Positions 38,301 through 52,179 are shown, counted from the stretch's first letter. The stretch: DNA of 64,000 bases from Nemertoderma westbladi (GCA_032718475.1 JAUCBJ010002587.1:1-64000); one strand, 5' to 3'. The notes: a model not told the origin generated them from the letters alone. Translations and numbers: made by a program.

Positions 38301-41300
38301 AGGGTGTTTAGTCTTAGTCAGTGTAGGTAGCCTACCTCTAGGGTGTTTAGTCAGTGTAGGTAGCCTACCTCTAGGGTGTTTAGTCTTAGTCAGTGTAGGT
38401 AGCCAACCTCTAGGGTGTTTAGTCTTAGTCAGTGTATGTAGCCTACCTCTAGGGTGTTTAGTCAGTGTAGGTAGCCTACCTCTAGGGTGTTTAGTCTTAG
38501 TCAGTGTAGGTAGCCAACCTCTAGGGTGTTTAGTCTTAGTCAGTGTAGGTAGCCTACCTCTAGGGTGTTTAGTCAGTGTAGGTAGCCTACCTCTAGGGTG
38601 TTTAGTCTTAGTCAGTGTAGGTAGCCAACCTCTTAGGGTGTTTAGTCAGTGTAGGTAGCCAACCTCTAGGTTGTTTAGTCAGTGTAGGTAGCCAACCTCT
38701 AGGGTGTTTAGTCAGTGTAGGTAGCCAACCTCTAGGTTGTTTAGTCAGTGTAGGTAGCCAACCTCAAGGGTGTTTAGTCTTAGTCCAACCTCTAGGGTGT
38801 TTTGTTTAGTCAGTGTAGGTAGCCAACCTCTAGGGTGTTTAGTCAGTGTAGGTAGCCAACCTCTAGGTTGTTTAGTCAGTGTAGGTAGCCAACCTCTAGG
38901 GTGTTTAGTCAGTGTAGGTAGCCTACCTCTAGGGTGTTTAGTCTTAGTCAGTGTAGGTAGCCTACCTCTAGGGTGTTTAGTCAGTGTAGGTAGCCTACCT
39001 CTAGGGTGTTTAGTCTTAGTCAGTGTAGGTAGCCAACCTCTAGGGTGTTTAGTCAGTGTAGGTAGCCTACCTCTAGGGTGTTTAGTCTTAGTCAGTGTAG
39101 GTAGCCAACCTCTAGGGTGTTTAGTCTTAGTCAGTGTAGGTAGCCTACCTCTAGGGTGTTTAGTCAGTGTAGGTAGCCAACCTCTAGGGTGTTTAGTCTT
39201 AGTCAGTGTAGGTAGCCTACCTCTAGGGTGTTTAGTCAGTGTAGGTAGCCAACCTCTAGGGTGTTTAGTCTTAGTCAGTGTAGGTAGCCAACCTCTAGGG
39301 TGTTTAGTCTTAGTCAGTGTAGATAGCCTACCTCTAGGGTGTTTAGTTAGTGTAGGTAGCCTACCTCTAGGGTGTTTAGTCTTAGTCAGTGTAGGTAGCC
39401 AACCTCTAGGGTGTTTAGTCAGTGTAGGTAGCCAACCTCTAGGGTGTTTAGTCAGTGTAGGTAGCCAACCTCTAGGGTGTTTAGTCTTAGTCAGTGTAGG
39501 TAGCCTACCTCTAGGGTGTTTAGTCTTAGTCAGTGTAGGTAGCCTACCTCTAGGGTGTTTAGTCAGTGTAGGTAGCCTACCTCTAGGGTGTTTAGTCTTA
39601 GTCAGTGTAGGTAGCCAACCTCTAGGGTGTTTAGTCTTAGTCAGTGTAGGTAGCCAACCTCTAGGGTGTTTAGTCAGTGTAGGTAGCCTACCTCTAGGGT
39701 GTTTAGTCTTAGTCAGTGTAGGTAGCCAACCTCTAGGGTGTTTAGTCTTAGTCAGTGTAGGTAGCCTACCTCTAGGGTGTTTAGTCAGTGTAGGTAGCCA
39801 ACCTCTAGGGTGTTTAGTCTTAGTCAGTGTAGGTAGCCTACCTCTAGGGTGTTTAGTCAGTGTAGGTAGCCAACCTCTAGGGTGTTTAGTCTTAGTCAGT
39901 GTAGGTAGCCAACCTCTAGGGTGTTTAGTCTTAGTCAGTGTAGATAGCCTACCTCTAGGGTGTTTAGTTAGTGTAGGTAGCCTACCTCTAGGGTGTTTAG
40001 TCTTAGTCAGTGTAGGTAGCCAACCTCTAGGGTGTTTAGTCAGTGTAGGTAGCCAACCTCTAGGGTGTTTAGTCAGTGTAGGTAGCCAACCTCTAGGGTG
40101 TTTAGTCTTAGTCAGTGTAGGTAGCCTACCTCTAGGGTGTTTAGTCTTAGTCAGTGTAGGTAGCCTACCTCTAGGGTGTTTAGTCAGTGTAGGTAGCCTA
40201 CCTCTAGGGTGTTTAGTCTTAGTCAGTGTAGGTAGCCAACCTCTAGGGTGTTTAGTCTTAGTCAGTGTAGGTAGCCTACCTCTAGGGTGTTTAGTCAGTG
40301 TAGGTAGCCTACCTCTAGGGTGTTTAGTCTTAGTCAGTGTAGGTAGCCAACCTCTAGGGTGTTTAGTCTTAGTCAGTGTATGTAGCCTACCTCTAGGGTG
40401 TTTAGTCAGTGTAGGTAGCCTACCTCTAGGGTGTTTAGTCTTAGTCAGTGTAGGTAGCCAACCTCTAGGGTGTTTAGTCTTAGTCAGTGTAGGTAGCCTA
40501 CCTCTAGGGTGTTTAGTCAGTGTAGGTAGCCTACCTCTAGGGTGTTTAGTCTTAGTCAGTGTAGGTAGCCAACCTCTTAGGGTGTTTAGTCAGTGTAGGT
40601 AGCCAACCTCTAGGTTGTTTAGTCAGTGTAGGTAGCCAACCTCTAGGGTGTTTAGTCAGTGTAGGTAGCCAACCTCTAGGTTGTTTAGTCAGTGTAGGTA
40701 GCCAACCTCAAGGGTGTTTAGTCTTAGTCCAACCTCTAGGGTGTTTTGTTTAGTCAGTGTAGGTAGCCAACCTCTAGGGTGTTTAGTCAGTGTAGGTAGC
40801 CAACCTCTAGGTTGTTTAGTCAGTGTAGGTAGCCAACCTCTAGGGTGTTTAGTCAGTGTAGGTAGCCTACCTCTAGGGTGTTTAGTCTTAGTCAGTGTAG
40901 GTAGCCTACCTCTAGGGTGTTTAGTCAGTGTAGGTAGCCTACCTCTAGGGTGTTTAGTCTTAGTCAGTGTAGGTAGCCAACCTCTAGGGTGTTTAGTCAG
41001 TGTAGGTAGCCTACCTCTAGGGTGTTTAGTCTTAGTCAGTGTAGGTAGCCAACCTCTAGGGTGTTTAGTCTTAGTCAGTGTAGGTAGCCTACCTCTAGGG
41101 TGTTTAGTCAGTGTAGGTAGCCAACCTCTAGGGTGTTTAGTCTTAGTCAGTGTAGGTAGCCTACCTCTAGGGTGTTTAGTCAGTGTAGGTAGCCAACCTC
41201 TAGGGTGTTTAGTCTTAGTCAGTGTAGGTAGCCAACCTCTAGGGTGTTTAGTCTTAGTCAGTGTAGATAGCCTACCTCTAGGGTGTTTAGTTAGTGTAGG

Positions 41301-44300
41301 TAGCCTACCTCTAGGGTGTTTAGTCTTAGTCAGTGTAGGTAGCCAACCTCTAGGGTGTTTAGTCAGTGTAGGTAGCCAACCTCTAGGGTGTTTAGTCAGT
41401 GTAGGTAGCCAACCTCTAGGGTGTTTAGTCTTAGTCAGTGTAGGTAGCCTACCTCTAGGGTGTTTAGTCTTAGTCAGTGTAGGTAGCCAACCTCTAGGGT
41501 GTTTAGTCAGTGTAGGTAGCCAAGCTCTAGGGTGTTTAGTCTTAAGTCAGTGTAGGTAGCCAACCTCTAGGGTGTTTAGTCTTAGTCAGTGTAGGTAGCC
41601 AACCTCTAGGGTGTTTAGTCAGTGTAGGTAGCCTACCTCTAGGGTGTTTAGTCTTAGTCAGTGTAGGTAGCCTACCTCTAGGGTGTTTAGTCAGTGTAGG
41701 TAGCCTACCTCTAGGGTGTTTAGTCTTAGTCAGTGTAGGTAGCCAACCTCTAGGGTGTTTAGTCAGTGTAGGTAGCCAACCTCTAGGGTGTTTAGTCAGT
41801 GTAGGTAGCCAACCTCAAGGGTGTTTAGTCTTAGTCAGTGTAGGTAGCCAACCTCTAGGGTGTTTAGTCTTAGTCAGTGTAGGTAGCCTACCTCTAGGGT
41901 GTTTAGTCTTAGTCAGTGTAGGTAGCCAACCTCTAGGGTGTTTAGTCAGTGTAGGTAGCCTACCTCTAGGGTGTTTAGTCTTAGTCAGTGTAGGTAGCCA
42001 ACCTCTAGGGTGTTTAGTCAGTGTAGGTAGCCAACCTCTAGGGTGTTTAGTCTTAGTCAGTGTAGGTAGCCTACCTCTAGGGTGTTTAGTCTTAGTCAGT
42101 GTAGGTAGCCTACCTCTAGGGTGTTTAGTCAGTGTAGGTAGCCTACCTCTAGGGTGTTTAGTCTTAGTCAGTGTAGGTAGCCAACCTCTAGGGTGTTTAG
42201 TCTTAGTCAGTGTAGGTAGCCTACCTCTAGGGTGTTTAGTCAGTGTAGATAACCAACCTCTAGGGTGTTTAGTCAGTGTAGGTAGCCAACCTCTAGGGTG
42301 TTTAGTCAGTGTAGGTAGCCAACCTCTAGGGTGTTTAGTCAGTGTAGGTAGCCAACCTCAAGGGTGTTTAGTCTTAGTCAGTGTAGGTAGCCAACCTCTA
42401 GGGTGTTTAGTCTTAGTCAGTGTAGGTAGCCTACCTCTAGGGTGTTTAGTCTTAGTCAGTGTAGGTAGCCAACCTCTAGGGTGTTTAGTCAGTGTAGGTA
42501 GCCTACCTCTAGGGTGTTTAGTCTTAGTCAGTGTAGGTAGCCTACCTCTAGGGTGTTTAGTCAGTGTAGGTAGCCAACCTCTAGGGTGTTTAGTCTTAGT
42601 CAGTGTAGGTAGCCAACCTCTAGGGTGTTTAGTCTTAGTCAGTGTAGATAGCCTACCTCTAGGGTGTTTAGTTAGTGTAGGTAGCCTACCTCTAGGGTGT
42701 TTAGTCTTAGTCAGTGTAGGTAGCCAACCTCTAGGGTGTTTAGTCAGTGTAGGTAGCCAACCTCTAGGGTGTTTAGTCAGTGTAGGTAGCCAACCTCTAG
42801 GGTGTTTAGTCTTAGTCAGTGTAGGTAGCCTACCTCTAGGGTGTTTAGTCTTAGTCAGTGTAGGTAGCCAACCTCTAGGGTGTTTAGTCAGTGTAGGTAG
42901 CCAAGCTCTAGGGTGTTTAGTCTTAAGTCAGTGTAGGTAGCCAACCTCTAGGGTGTTTAGTCTTAGTCAGTGTAGGTAGCCTACCTCTAGGGTGTTTAGT
43001 CTTAGTCAGTGTAGGTAGCCAACCTCTAGGGTGTTTAGTCAGTGTAGGTAGCCTACCTCTAGGGTGTTTAGTCTTAGTCAGTGTAGGTAGCCTACCTCTA
43101 GGGTGTTTAGTCAGTGTAGGTAGCCTACCTCTAGGGTGTTTAGTCTTAGTCAGTGTAGGTAGCCAACCTCTAGGGTGTTTAGTCAGTGTAGGTAGCCAAC
43201 CTCTAGGGTGTTTAGTCAGTGTAGGTAGCCAACCTCAAGGGTGTTTAGTCTTAGTCAGTGTAGGTAGCCAACCTCTAGGGTGTTTAGTCAGTGTAGGTAG
43301 CCAACCTCTAGGGTGTTTAGTCAGTGTAGGTAGCCAACCTCTAGGGTGTTTTGTTTAGTCAGTGTAGGTAGCCAACCTCTAGCGTGTTTAGTCAGTGTAG
43401 GTAGCCAACCTCTAGGGTGTTTTGTTTAGTCAGTGTAGGTAGCCAACCTCTAGGGTGTTTAGTCAGTGTAGGTAGCCTACCTCTAGGGTGTTTAGTCTTA
43501 GTCAGTGTAGGTAGCCTACCTCTAGGGTGTTTAGTCAGTGTAGGTAGCCCTACCTCTAGGGTGTTTAGTCTTAGTCAGTGTAGGTAGCCAACCTCTAGGG
43601 TGTTTAGTCAGTGTAGGTAGCCAACCTCTAGGGTGTTAGTCAGTGTAGGTAGCCAACCTCTAGGGTGTTTAGTTTTAGTCAGTGTAGGTAGCCAACCTCT
43701 AGGGTGTTTAGTCAGTGTAGGTAGCCAACCTCTAGGGTGTTTAGTCAGTGTAGGTAGCCAACCTCTAGGGTGTTTAGTCTTAGTCAGTGTAGGTAGCCAA
43801 CCTCTAGGGTGTTTAGTCAGTGTAGGTAGCCAACCTCTAGGGTGTTTAGTCAGTGTAGGTAGCCAACCTCTAGGGTGTTTTGTTTAGTCAGTGTAGGTAG
43901 CCAACCTCTAGGGTGTTTAGTCAGTGTAGGTAGCCTACCTCTAGGGTGTTTAGTCTTAGTCAGTGTAGGTAGCCTACCTCTAGGGTGTTTAGTCAGTGTA
44001 GGTAGCCTACCTCTAGGGTGTTTAGTCAGTGTAGGTAGCCAACCTCTAGGGTGTTTAGTCAGTGTAGGTAGCCAACCTCTAGGGTGTTTAGTCTTAGTCA
44101 GTGTAGGTAGCCAACCTCTAGGGTGTTTAGTCAGTGTAGGTAGCCAACCTCTAGGGTGTTTAGTCAGTGTAGGTAGCCAACCTCTAGGGTGTTTTGTTTA
44201 GTCAGTGTAGGTAGCCAACCTCTAGGGTGTTTAGTCAGTGTAGGTAGCCTACCTCTAGGGTGTTTAGTCTTAGTCAGTGTAGGTAGCCTACCTCTAGGGT

Positions 44301-44481
44301 GTTTAGTCAGTGTAGGTAGCCTACCTCTAGGGTGTTTAGTCTTAGTCAGTGTAGGTAGCCAACCTCTAGGGTGTTTAGTCAGTGTAGGTAGCCAACCTCT
44401 AGGGTGTTTAGTCAGTGTAGGTAGCCAACCTCTAGGGTGTTTAGTCTTAGTCAGCGTAGGTAGCCTACCTCTAGGGTGTTT
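35338..44481 (+). repeat. 30/36-bp satellite, ~9.1 kb (~280 copies), spanning the exon F splice donor
   Basis: Unit tagtcagt|gtaggtagcc(a/t)acctctagggtgtt with an optional tagtct insert; the first copy overlaps the last codons of exon F. Confidence 0.97.
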
Positions 44482-44741
44482 ATCCAACTGTTTGGACCAT
44501 ATTATCATCGTGTTACTATTATAGTTGGTTTAGAACAATAGTCAATGTACAACCAATCACGAAGATTAAGTTTTTGTTTAGATTGTTTAGAAAGTTAGTC
44601 AATGTGCTCTTAGCCAATGGCAAGGCCTAGAATTATTTGTTTAGTTTGTTTAGAAATTTCGTCACATGTACTTCACCAATCACAAGATTTATAATTTGCC
44701 TGAGGCCCAGAGATGCACACTTTGCAGAGATTGCAGTGAGA

Positions 44742-45966
44742 GCGTTGAGTAGATGCTGTCACAGTTATGTGGTAGACTGCACCGTGACACAGCTGATGTT
44801 AGAGATAGCGTTGAGTAGATGCTGTCACAGTTATGTGGTAGACTGCACCATGACACAGCTGATGTTAGTGATAGCGTTGAGTAGATGCTGGCACAGTTAT
44901 GTGGTAGACTGCACCGTGACACAGCTGATGTTAGTGATAGCGTTGAGTAGATGCTGTCACAGTTATGTGGTAGACTGCACCGTGACTCAGCTGATGTTAG
45001 TGATAGCGTTGAGTAGATGCTGGCACAGTTATGTGGTAGACTGCACCGTGACACAGCTGATGTTAGTGATAGCGTTGAGTAGATGCTGGCACAGTTATGT
45101 GGTAGACTGCACCGTGACACAGCTGATGTTAGTGATAGCGTTGGGTAGGTGCTGGCACAGTTATGTGGTAGACTGCACCGTGACACAGCTGATGTTAGTG
45201 ATAGCGTTGAGTAGATGCTGGCACAGTTATGTGGTAGACTGCACCGTGACACAGCTGATGTTAGTGATAGCGTTGAGTAGATGCTGGCACAGTTATGTGG
45301 TAGACTGCACCGTGACACAGCTGATGTTAGTGATAGCGTTGAGTAGATGCTGTCACAGTTATGTGGTAGACTGCACCGTGACACAGCTGATGTTAGTGAT
45401 AGCGTTGAGTAGATGCTGGCACAGTTATGTGGTAGACTGCACCGTGACACAGCTGATGTTAGTGATAGCGTTGAGTAGATGCTGTCACAGTTATGTGGTA
45501 GACTGCACCGTGACACAGCTGATGTTAGAGATAGCGTTGGGTAGGTGCTGGCACAGTTATGTGGTAGACTGCACCGTGACACAGTTGATGTTAGTGATAG
45601 CGTTGAGTAGATGCTGTCACAGTTATGTGGTAGACAGCACCGTGACACAGCTGATGTTAGTGATAGCGTTGAGTAGATGCTGTCACAGTTATGTGGTAGA
45701 CTGCACCGTGACACAGCTGATGTTAGAGATAGCGTTGGGTAGGTGCTGGCACAGTTATGTGGTAGACTGCACCGTGACACAGTTGATGTTAGTGATAGCG
45801 TTGAGTAGATGCTGTCACAGTTATGTGGTAGACAGCACCGTGACACAGCTGATGTTAGTGAAAGCGTTGAGTAGATGCTGGCACAGTTATGTGGTAGACT
45901 GCACCGTGACACAGCTGATGTTAGAGATAGCGTTGGGTAGGTGCTGGCACAGTTATGTGGTAGACT
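44742..45966. repeat. 66-bp tandem array (~18 copies)
   Basis: Unit gcgttgagtagatgctg(t/g)cacagttatgtggtagactgcaccgtgacacagctgatgttagtgata; it explains the 466-aa and 407-aa repetitive ORFs. Confidence 0.95.
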
Positions 45967-45969
45967 CTA

Positions 45970-48900
45970 TGCTCTATTCCATATTTACTGATTGCTCTAT
46001 TCCATATTTACTGATAGCTCTATTCCATATTTACTGATGCTCTATTCCATATTTACTGATGCTCTATTCCATATTCAATGATCGCTCTATTCCATATTTA
46101 CTGATTGCTCTATTCCATATTTACTGATGCTCTATTCCATATTTACTGATGCTCTATTCCATATTTACTGATGCTCTATTCCATATTTACTGATGCTCTA
46201 TTCCATATTCAATGATCGCTCTATTCCATATTTACTGATGCTCTATTCCATATTCAATGATCGCTCTATTCCATATTTAATGATTGCTCTATTCCATATT
46301 TACTGATGCTCTATTCCATATTTACTGATGCTCTATTCCATATTTACTGATGCTCTATTCCATATTTACTGATGCTCTATTCCATATTTACTGATGCTCT
46401 ATTCCATATTTACTGATGCTCTATTCCATATTCAATGATCGCTCTATTCCATATTTACTGTGGCTCTATTCCATATTTACTGATGCTCTATTCCATATTT
46501 ACTGATGCTCTATTCCATATTTACTGATGCTCTATTCCATATTTACTGATGCTCTATTCCATATTTACTGATGCTCTATTCCATATTTACTGATTGCTCT
46601 ATTCCATATTTACTGATGCTCTATTCCATATTTACTGATGCTCTATTCCATATTTACTGATGCTCTATTCCATATTTACTGATGCTCTATTCCATATTTA
46701 CTGATGCTCTATTCCATATTCAATGATCGCTCTATTCCATATTTACTGATGCTCTATTCCATATTTACTGATGCTCTATTCCATATTTACTGATGCTCTA
46801 TTCCATATTCAATGATCGCTCTATTCCATATTTACTGATGCTCTATTCCATATTTACTGATGCTCTATTCCATATTTACTGATGCTCTATTCCATATTTA
46901 CTGATGCTCTATTCCATATTTACTGATGCTCTATTCCATATTCAATGATCGCTCTATTCCATATTTACTGATGCTCTATTCCATATTTACTGATGCTCTA
47001 TTCCATATTTTCTGATTGCTCTATTCCATATTTACTGATTGCTCTATTCCATATTTACTGATTACTCTAATTCCATATTTACTGATTGCTCTATTCCATA
47101 TTTACTGATTGCTCTTTTCCATATTTACTGATTGCTCTATTCCATATTTTCTGATTGCTCTATTCCATATTTTCTGATCGCTCTATTCCATATTTACTGA
47201 TGCTCTATTCCATATTTACTGATGCTCTATTCCATATTTACTGATGCTCTATTCCATATTTAATGATTGCTCTATTCCATATTTACTGATTGCTCTATTC
47301 CATATTTACTGATTGCTCTATTCCATATTTACTGGTGCTCTATTCCATATTTACTGATTGCTCTATTCCATATTTTCTGATTGCTCTATTCCATATTTAC
47401 TGATTGCTCTATTCCATATTTACTGATGCTCTATTCCATATTTACTGATGCTCTATTCCATATTTAATGATTGCTCTATTCCATATTTACTGATTGCTCT
47501 ATTCCATATTTACTGATTGCTCTATTCCATATTTACTGGTGCTCTATTCCATATTTACTGATTGCTCTATTCCATATTTTCTGATTGCTCTATTCCATAT
47601 TTTCTGATTGCTCTATTCCATATTTACTGATTGCTCTATTCCATATTTACTGATGCTCTATTCCATATTTTCTGATTGCTCTATTCCATATTTACTGATT
47701 GCTCTATTCCATATTTACTGATTGCTCTATTCCATATTTACTGATTGCTCTATTCCATATTTACTGATTGCTCTATTCCATATTTACTGATGCTCTATTC
47801 CATATTTACTGATGCTCTATTCCATATTTACTGATGCTCTATTCCATATTTACTGATGCTCTATTCCATATTCAATGATCGCTCTATTCCATATTTACTG
47901 ATGCTCTATTCCATATTTACTGATGCTCTATTCCATATTTACTGATTGCTCTATTCCATATTTACTGATTGCTCTATTCCATATTTACTGATTACTCTAA
48001 TTCCATATTTACTGATTGCTCTATTCCATATTTACTGATTGCTCTTTTCCATATTTACTGATTGCTCTATTCCATATTTTCTGATTGCTCTATTCCATAT
48101 TTTCTGATTGCTCTATTCCATATTTACTGATGCTCTATTCCATATTTAATGATTGCTCTATTCCATATTTACTGATGCTCTATTCCATATTTAATGATTG
48201 CTCTATTCCATATTTACTGATCGCTCTATTCCATATTGACTGATTGCTCTATTCCATATTTACTGATTGCTCTATTCCATATTTACTGATTGCTCTATTC
48301 CATATTTACTGGTGCTCTATTCCATATTTACTGATTGCTCTATTCCATATTTACTGATTGCTCTATTCCATATTTACTGATTGCTCTTTTCCATATTTAC
48401 TGATTGCTCTATTCCATATTTTCTGATTGCTCTATTCCATATTTTCTGATTGCTCTATTCCATATTTAATGATTGCTCTATTCCATATTTACTGATTGCT
48501 CTATTCCATATTTACTGATTGCTCTATTCTATATTTACTGGTGCTCTATTCCATATTTACTGATTGCTCTATTCCATATTTTCTGATTGCTCTATTCCAT
48601 ATTTTCTGATTGCTCTATTCCATATTTACTGATTGCTCTATTCCATATTTACTGATGCTCTATTCCATATTTTCTGATTGCTCTATTCCATATTTTCTGA
48701 TTGCTCTATTCCATATTTACTGATTGCTCTATTCCATATTTACTGATGCTCTATTCCATATTTTCTGATTGCTCTATTCCATATTTTCTGATTGCTCTAT
48801 TCCATATTTACTGATTGCTCTATTCCATATTTTCTGATTGCTCTATTCCATATTTACTGATTACTCTAATTCCATATTTACTGATTGCTCTATTCCATAT

Positions 48901-50118
48901 TTTCTGATTGCTCTATTCCATATTTTCTGATTGCTCTATTCCATATTTACTGATTGCTCTATTCCATATTTACTGATTGCTCTATTCCATATTTACTGAT
49001 TGCTCTATTCCATATTTACTGGTGCTCTATTCCATATTTACTGATTGCTCTATTCCATATTTTCTGATTGCTCTATTCCATATTTACTGATTGCTCTATT
49101 CCATATTTACTGATGCTCTATTCCATATTTACTGATTGCTCTATTCCATATTTACTGATTGCTCTATTCCATATTTTCTGATTGCTCTATTCCATATTTA
49201 CTGGTGCTCTATTCCATATTTACTGATTGCTCTATTCCATATTTACTGATTGCTCTATTCCATATTTACTGATTGCTCTATTCCATATTTACTGGTGCTC
49301 TATTCCATATTTACTGATTGCTCTATTCCATATTTTCTGATTGCTCTATTCCATATTTTCTGATTGCTCTATTCCATATTTACTGATTGCTCTATTCCAT
49401 ATTTACTGATGCTCTATTCCATATTTTCTGATTGCTCTATTCCATATTTTCTGATTGCTCTATTCCATATTTACTGATTGCTCTATTCCATATTTACTGA
49501 TGCTCTATTCCATATTTTCTGATTGCTCTATTCCATATTTTCTGATTGCTCTATTCCATATTTACTGATTGCTCTATTCCATATTTTCTGATTGCTCTAT
49601 TCCATATTTACTGATTACTCTAATTCCATATTTACTGATTGCTCTATTCCATATTTTCTGATTGCTCTATTCCATATTTTCTGATTGCTCTATTCCATAT
49701 TTACTGATTGCTCTATTCCATATTTACTGATTGCTCTATTCCATATTTACTGATTGCTCTATTCCATATTTACTGGTGCTCTATTCCATATTTACTGATT
49801 GCTCTATTCCATATTTTCTGATTGCTCTATTCCATATTTACTGATTGCTCTATTCCATATTTACTGATGCTCTATTCCATATTTACTGATTGCTCTATTC
49901 CATATTTACTGATTGCTCTATTCCATATTTTCTGATTGCTCTATTCCATATTTACTGGTGCTCTATTCCATATTTACTGATTGCTCTATTCCATATTTAC
50001 TGATTGCTCTATTCCATATTTACTGATTGCTCTATTCCATATTTACTGGTGCTCTATTCCATATTTACTGATTGCTCTATTCCATATTTACTGATGCTCT
50101 ATTCCATATTTACTGATA
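45970..50118. repeat. 21/22-bp satellite (~190 copies)
   Basis: Unit gctctattccatatttactgat(t); it abuts the 66-bp array and is followed by a short 16-bp attgttcaatgtactg run (about 50128-50245). Confidence 0.95.
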
Positions 50119-50496
50119 GATTTCTCTATTGTTCAATTTTACTAATTAATTGTTCAATTTACTATAATTGTTCAATGTACTGATTGTTCAATGTACTGAT
50201 TGTTCAATGTACTGATTGTTCAATGTACTGATTGTTTAATTTGCTGATTTTTCTATTTTTATTCTCAATTAATTGAGATTGGAAAATTTTCGGATTCTAG
50301 TTAACGTAAACCATTAGCCGGAAGCGAAGGAACCAAATTAACAACAGTATAGGGTGGGTTTTATGTTCTTTGTTTTGGGGTATGGCATATACATTTGGTT
50401 ATAAAACCCTGCTGCTACATTAAATCACGCGCAAAAACATATTTCACCTCCAAAAGCACACTGTTTTATTATTTACGGGGTGTAATAATTGTAGGG

Positions 50497-51813
50497 CTGA
50501 GCATAAAGGGTCCTATGTGACATTTTCTTAGACTCAGAGTTATACTCATACAGAGGTCCTATGAGACCTAACTTAACTTACCAATAAGGTTCTGAGATCA
50601 TATGAACAATACTGCCTGATATCCTATAGTAAAATAGTCCTATGTGCAGTAAAAATCGATAGACATAAACAAAAAAGGTCTTATGTACAATGGTCTACGC
50701 ATATCCTTCGATCATCATAATGATGATGGGGTGATTGTAACTCCACCTACTGGCTCCACAAGTCGAGGAAATCCGGCCAAGTATCTAACTGATCTAGACT
50801 TTGCTGATGACTTAGGAGTACTCTCAGAATCACTAGAGTGAGCCCAACGGCTCCTCATCTCATTAGAACAGGCTGCTTCTAGTGTTGGTCTTTTTATTAA
50901 CTCCAAAAAGACCAAAATTTTGACAGTTAACTTTGAAAGTCCTCAGCAAGTCTCTGACCGGATGAGCATAAGCTCAAAGGATGGTATGCTTGAGCATGTG
51001 GACGACTTCTGTTACCTGAGATCATGGATCCGGAAGTCAGGTGAGGACCTTCGAATACGTAAGGGAAAAGCATGGACAGCCTTGAATAGGCTTTCCAGGA
51101 TTTGGAAGTCACAGAGAATTAATCGGAAACTTAAGGTCCAACCGATTATTTAGAGCAGCAGTAGTTCCAGTACTCCTCTATGTGAGTCCATGCTGGGCTC
51201 TAACTGCTGAGGACGCCAAATCTTTGGATGGCACATTCCCAAGAATGCTACGCCGTCAAGTACAATGCACACATCTCCAACCAGACAATATATAACATTG
51301 GAGGTGTCTCATTGGTTCCCCCAAGCTTGACACTAGAACAAAATCGCCTCCGCTTTGCAGGACATTGCTTTCGCCGTGAGGACCAGCCAGTGCATATTCT
51401 TGTACTTTGGCAGCCTCATGGAGTGAATAAGCATGGTGGACAGCCCATGACTTTCTTGAGACGCATCTTAAATGACACTGGCCTTGAAGATGCAGATGAT
51501 CTAGCAAATGTCATGGGTGATAGTGAGTTGTGTCGGCGTAATTTTGTCGACAAGCTGGCACAGCATTCTTAAAAATGAAGCTGCAATGCAGCATGCCGAT
51601 CCTAGTCCTAGTATGTACAATACTGCCTGATATATGCAAATCAATATTGAATTTTTTTTTTTTTTTTAAGTAAAGATTTTGAAGTACATCTATGTACTTG
51701 CATGCAAAAATACATAATGCCAACATTAACTGTAATGTGTAGGTAAAAAAAAACGCAAAAGTGTGATTATCTCAGAATGACACATTTGTCACATAGGACC
51801 TTTTTATGCTCAG
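50497..51813. mobile_element. TIR element containing the LINE fragment
   Basis: ctgagcataaagggtcctatgtgaca ... tgtcacataggacctttttatgctcag inverted ends. Confidence 0.6.
50716..51572 (+). mobile_element. 5'-truncated, decayed non-LTR retrotransposon (RTE-like RT 3' end)
   Basis: YLTDLDFADDLGVLSESLE*AQRLL...VGLFINSKKTK...EHVDDFCYLRSWI...LRFAGHCFR; FADD catalytic motif, with an in-frame stop and frameshifts. Confidence 0.88.
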
Positions 51814-51863
51814 TTCTTCAATTCACAAATTGATTAATTTCCTCTCCTATTTTAGGGGTTGAT

Positions 51864-52179
51864 ATAAATTGACACATTTATGGATTTTATCCTCCCCCTT
51901 ATGATTGGCTGATATAGGGGGGAAATTAAATACACAATTATGTTGTATTAAACCCTCGCGCTTGTGATTGGCTGAAAGATTATCCACCCCAAGCGATTGG
52001 AACAGTTCCGCATTTGGTAGCCTACAATTTATAGATTAGAGGATTTTCAAATACCGGTATCAAAGTGGGATTACAATATCAGAATTATTGTATTTAAATT
52101 CCCTTCCCTCCTATATCAGCCAATCGCTAGGGGGGGGGGGGGGGGGGGGGGATAAAATCACATAAATGTGTCAATTTAT
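51864..52179. mobile_element. Small MITE
   Basis: ataaattgacacatttatg...attggctgatatagg versus cctatatcagccaat...cataaatgtgtcaatttat. Confidence 0.65.

Noticed and set aside
22965-44481. CRISPR-like arrays (30-36 bp period)
   Set aside because: Units are head-to-tail with no unique spacers, there are no cas genes, and the context is eukaryotic intron.
22972-44524. Long repetitive ORFs (YSILFTEVT, VSVGSQPLGCL, RGDHL repeats) as independent genes
   Set aside because: They are translations of 3n-length satellites with arbitrary starts and frequent frameshifts. The RGD tripeptide is incidental to the junction sequence.
44637-46037. 466-aa and 407-aa Cys-rich repeat ORFs on opposite strands
   Set aside because: Both are explained by a stop-free 66-bp unit; there is no ATG start, unique domain or clear splice support.
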